From positions 3,548-67,547 of the forward strand of contig JACPLI010000020.1 in assembly GCA_016186635.1 (NCBI GenBank): a stretch of 64,000 bases of DNA, written 5' to 3'. The position numbers and the translations under genes were made by a program. The notes beneath the pieces are model-generated. The model worked only from the letters and a program-made list of their open reading frames with translations. It did not search any database and was not told where the DNA came from. Shown here in pieces: positions 63,647-64,000 of this stretch. This DNA comes from Candidatus Liptonbacteria bacterium (GTDB taxonomy: Bacteria; Patescibacteriota; Minisyncoccia; UBA6257; 2-01-FULL-56-20). How positions within the stretch are numbered: the first letter of the stretch is position 1; each line of letters opens with the position of its first letter.

Positions 63647-64000
63647 ATGAGTGAAAGAACTAAGCGGGTTCGGAAAAAGCCGTTTCAACTCATCCCAAGA
63701 GTTGATCGGGCGAAGGAATGGAAAGATGCGTTCGAAGATGGACATTGTAGACACTCGATGGCAGAGGTTATTGGTTTGACGGGGGCGTTCAACTTTGATG
63801 TGTGTATGGAAATGCCGTATGGCCACCTCTGCCACATTCTTGACTTGCATGTCAAAACGATGGCGCTTGTAGCGGAATCGGGAAGCGCCGGCGCGGGGGA
63901 TCTCCTTTTCAATGTAATGAAAGGAGGAATCAGAAGCTACGAAAGCCAAAAAAAATTCCTACGCGAGCTTGAGGCGATAACGGTGTACGGTTGTCCGTAC
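63647..64000 (+). CDS. Hypothetical protein, 5' part (runs off the window end; not in the ORF track)
   Basis: Hand-read MSERTKRVRKKPFQLIPRVDRAKEWKDAFEDGHCRHSMAEV... is open to the window edge. The RBS is weak. It is antisense to track ORF 63587..63949. Confidence 0.3.
   Translation, partial: MSERTKRVRKKPFQLIPRVDRAKEWKDAFEDGHCRHSMAEVIGLTGAFNFDVCMEMPYGHLCHILDLHVKTMALVAESGSAGAGDLLFNVMKGGIRSYESQKKFLRELEAITVYGCPY

Overview
This 64-kb window is gene-dense, almost entirely plus-strand, and looks moderately GC-rich by eye. Several proteins are unusually short (Tsf, RecO, a UvrC lacking the C-terminal HhH domain) and a UPF0182 protein is present, which suggests a reduced genome of CPR/Parcubacteria type.

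Content in order: the 3' end of a P-type ATPase, mnmA, rpsB-tsf, tRNA-Tyr(GTA), UPF0182, recO, a DUF11 surface protein, and two tandem ~600-aa Cys-rich paralogs. Then a block of small enzymes (GNAT, MBL, RibD_C, two Nudix, ArsR). Then a thiol-disulfide redox cluster (glutaredoxin, two TlpA-like, trxB, a CxxC membrane protein, CcdA, msrB). Then a DNA-repair supercluster (MutY/Nth-like glycosylase, Ogt-like, mpg, nth, uvrB, uvrA, later uvrC). Two minus-strand TA modules follow (AbiEii-like, HepT/MntA). The window ends with tsaC, an FAD oxidase, acylphosphatase, PGI/PMI, a Cas4-like nuclease, PEBP, Asp/Glu racemase, and a ~10-kb prephenate-centred biosynthetic-like cluster.

The unusual features are:
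1. At least five families of short palindromic repeats saturate the window. Several are inserted in-frame inside uvrA, uvrB, uvrC, msrB and a Nudix gene, resembling Rickettsia RPEs. One family supplies the stop codons (RSNRE*) and start codons of several genes.
2. A visibly AT-richer four-gene islet (SDH/S49-like serine protease, two unknowns, PIN nuclease) sits between nth and uvrB. Palindromes and a degenerate duplication of the nth 3' end flank it.
3. A cassette-like array of three genes, each preceded by a conserved ~110-nt stem-loop repeat.
4. A ~150-bp leader with an 8-codon Cys-containing uORF is duplicated upstream of two operons of the BacA-like (non-aromatizing prephenate decarboxylase-like) cluster.
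5. Microsatellite-like in-frame tandem insertions occur in mnmA, mpg and a DUF4258 gene.

No rRNA, CRISPR array, integrase or transposase was seen.
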